Part shown: in pieces, positions 61,512 through 64,000 of the stretch | How positions within the stretch are numbered: the stretch's first letter is position 1 | Layout: every line of letters starts with the position of its first letter | DNA from: Gnetum montanum | Taxonomy: Eukaryota; Plantae; Gnetophyta | Direction of reading: 5' to 3' | DNA length: 64,000 bases | Assembly: GCA_015680685.1 (NCBI GenBank) | Contig: MNCI01000668.1 | Coordinates: forward strand, 444,231-508,230 | Notes under the pieces: model-generated | Seen by the model: only the letters and a program-made list of their open reading frames with translations | Database searches by the model: none | What the model was told of the DNA's origin: nothing | Position numbers and translations under genes: made by a program

Positions 61512-64000
61512 GTGATATTGTAGATGTGATGTAGTGATTTGAGGTCATCCCTATAAATACAAGCCCACTTTCATTCCAAACTTATCTTTTGGTTGAACAC
61601 TTAACCAAATTCTTATAGTTTTATTTCATGAACTTAGAGTTAGTAGTAAGTGCTTATAGTGTAGTTTTGAAATGATCAAGTGAAATATACTTGGATGCAT
61701 TTCATGAATGACAATAAAGATTAGGATTATTTTTTATCCTTACAATAATTTACTTATATTATATTTACTTTCATTTACATTTACATTGCCAATGTTTTTT
61801 ACATTTCATATGTCATTTACTATTCTAGTGTTCCATAGTTATTTGGTAGAATAAGTATGATTATTTTTGAACACAAAAATATAATTGTATTGTAACTTAG
61901 CTTCATATATTTAGTAGCAAGTTACTTAATAATCTTAATGGTGATTATATGAACCTAAGGTATGTATAACAAGTTGAGACTAGATACTTATTGTTATTAG
62001 GATATATTAGCATTATTGTTCTTTAGTTGAAAGAAATTATATGTATTTCTCAATATTTTACCTTAGGACTCTAAGAGCCACTCAACATCAACTTATCATA
62101 TATCTTACAATGATAAAATTTATATAAAATATAATTAGAATGGATCAATATAAATTGGAATTTCCTATGTTCATACTGATTTATATTATCTTAAATTTAA
62201 TTTTTTCTTTCTTTAGAATGAGAAGTATAGATGGAGGATGCTTATAGAGTAATATTTTATTCTCATCCAACTATTTAGTGCCATCTATACTTCAAGTAGC
62301 TTTGCTTAGATAAAATATTGATCATACACATGGAAGTTATCAAGTCACAAAGAACATGACTAGATCCTACCATGCAATAGAAGCCCAAATTAGAAGAGAT
62401 GTTGTTATGGAAGCAAGATATGAAAAAAGAAAGGCAAATAAGCATCTCAAGAAATGTTACTCTTAGAAAAGGAAGAGTAAGAATATCAAGCTAAAAAGCA
62501 TCACTATCAATGATCTCATTCTCATCCACCTATTTTATATGATAAAGATATTGTGCAATAGAAGCTACTTCCACCATACCTAAGATACCTAGAAGATATG
62601 GGATAGATCCTAGAATCAAGACAGATTCAAGGCCAAGAATCTTCAATAGAACTAGAAGAGAAGAATTAAGGGGTCATACAAGGATAATGATCTGACACCA
62701 CTCTCCAAGTTTTTTATCCTCTTCATCACCCTCATCGAGGGAGCTTTACAAAGGAACTAGGATAGAACGCTTGATGAGAAGAAAAAGAGACATCACAATA
62801 GATATCTAGAAAAAAGAAGAAATCATGATGAATATGAAGAATAAGTAGAAGGAAAAGATAGAGAAAGAAGGCATAGGAGAAGAAATGAAGAGGAGCATCA
62901 AATTCAAAGATCATGATAAACTCATATTGGTTACAAGAAGCATGATCAATATCAGTGAGCCCATGTATGTTCCACCAAGACATTAAAGGGATAGTTACAT
63001 TAAGTGACTAGATATGAATAATAGTCTCAAATGTCAAGGATATAATGTTGATTCACAACACTACATTTAATCTTCCATGATTTCTATGCACTACAAAATA
63101 TTAAGATTATGTGACAAAAAATTTAAGTTATTTTTAAAAATACTTATTGATAAAGTAAAAAGCTAGCACAAATCACTTAATCTAGAATCCATTCATAGAT
63201 GGACCATAATGTTAGAACTATTTAATGATAAGTACTAGACTTATTCAAGAGAATCACATTTGAGAAAATAAATACAAGGATGGAAAAAAGGGACACATGA
63301 ATCTCTTGATGTAGATATGGAAAGATATGATTCATTCATGCATAGATGCCAATTGCATGGTTTTTCTTAAAGGTAATAGCTTCAACACATCATTGATGGG
63401 TTAAGAATAAAAACAAGAGAGATTATTGGAGTCTATGCATAAGAAAGATTATCATAAATGCAATCTAGTTAGATCCAAATATTATTGGATCAAGTGGCTA
63501 AAGAAGAAAAAGAGTTCATAAAATGAAAGTTTGTGAAAAAATATAACAAGGACCCTTCTCTTTGAAAGAAAGATATAAAAGGATGTGAGACACAAGAGAA
63601 GGAATCTAGGGAAGATGTTGTTTAAGGAAAGACCTTACCAATACAAAAATATGTTATTAATCTTATAAAAAAGGTTGATAAAATGTAGCAGTTCACAGAT
63701 AAAAAGTTTGTAACTATATTAAAGATAGTAGAAGAAAAGACAAAACAAACATTAACAAAAGGGAATGATAGAATGAAAAAAAGAAAACTAGATGTGAAAA
63801 GTATAAGTATAAAGGAAAGGCTACTATTGTAAAAGAGGTCATTGATTCTAGCTTAGAAGATGAAAATGTGTATGAGTTATGTTAGATGTTTTCCAATCAT
63901 GATCAACTTATAGGAACCAGAGGCATACACATTGAATCCAAAGTTTATTAGAAAGTAGATGCCTAAGAGGTCACCTTATCCACGACTAACACATATCGTA
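61512..64000 (+). mobile_element. Old Athila-like element related to NA1 (5' LTR remnant and gag), running off the window
   Basis: TATA cctataaata at ~61550; LTR similarity to NA2; gag IHRWTIMLELFNDKY*TYSR..IQGWKKGTHESLD collinear with 30787-31155; start approximate. Confidence 0.75.

Overview
AT-rich, CpG-depleted land-plant-type heterochromatin made almost entirely of nested, decayed retroelements; no intact host gene is supportable. Left: an Athila-like Gypsy 3' half (1-~9750) split in its integrase by a gag-only Sirevirus-like Copia (1021-5398, -), followed by a second copy of that gag-only family (~9998-14970, +). Centre: a five-level nest: an L1-type LINE (-) is split by a Copia (17272-59940, -), which is split by an Ogre/Tat-like Gypsy (19448-56786, -; PBS-Asn; RT-RH-aRH-INT). 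The Ogre/Tat element holds a young non-autonomous Athila-like element (25964-33046, TSD AGCAT) and, in its 5' LTR, an unclassified ~10 kb insert carrying a second young non-autonomous Athila-like element (48135-53950, TSD GTGAG). A further old Athila-like relative starts at ~61500. Most notable: the Ogre/Tat protease-to-RT interval is ~8 kb of native-looking sequence with a ~185-bp tandem array and a 6-7-exon antisense spliced (pseudo)gene. Also notable: related LTRs share U5 but carry different CG-palindrome arrays in U3, and pol-less families retain conserved non-coding islands and splice signals. All calls are by eye, without database searches; boundaries marked ~ are approximate.
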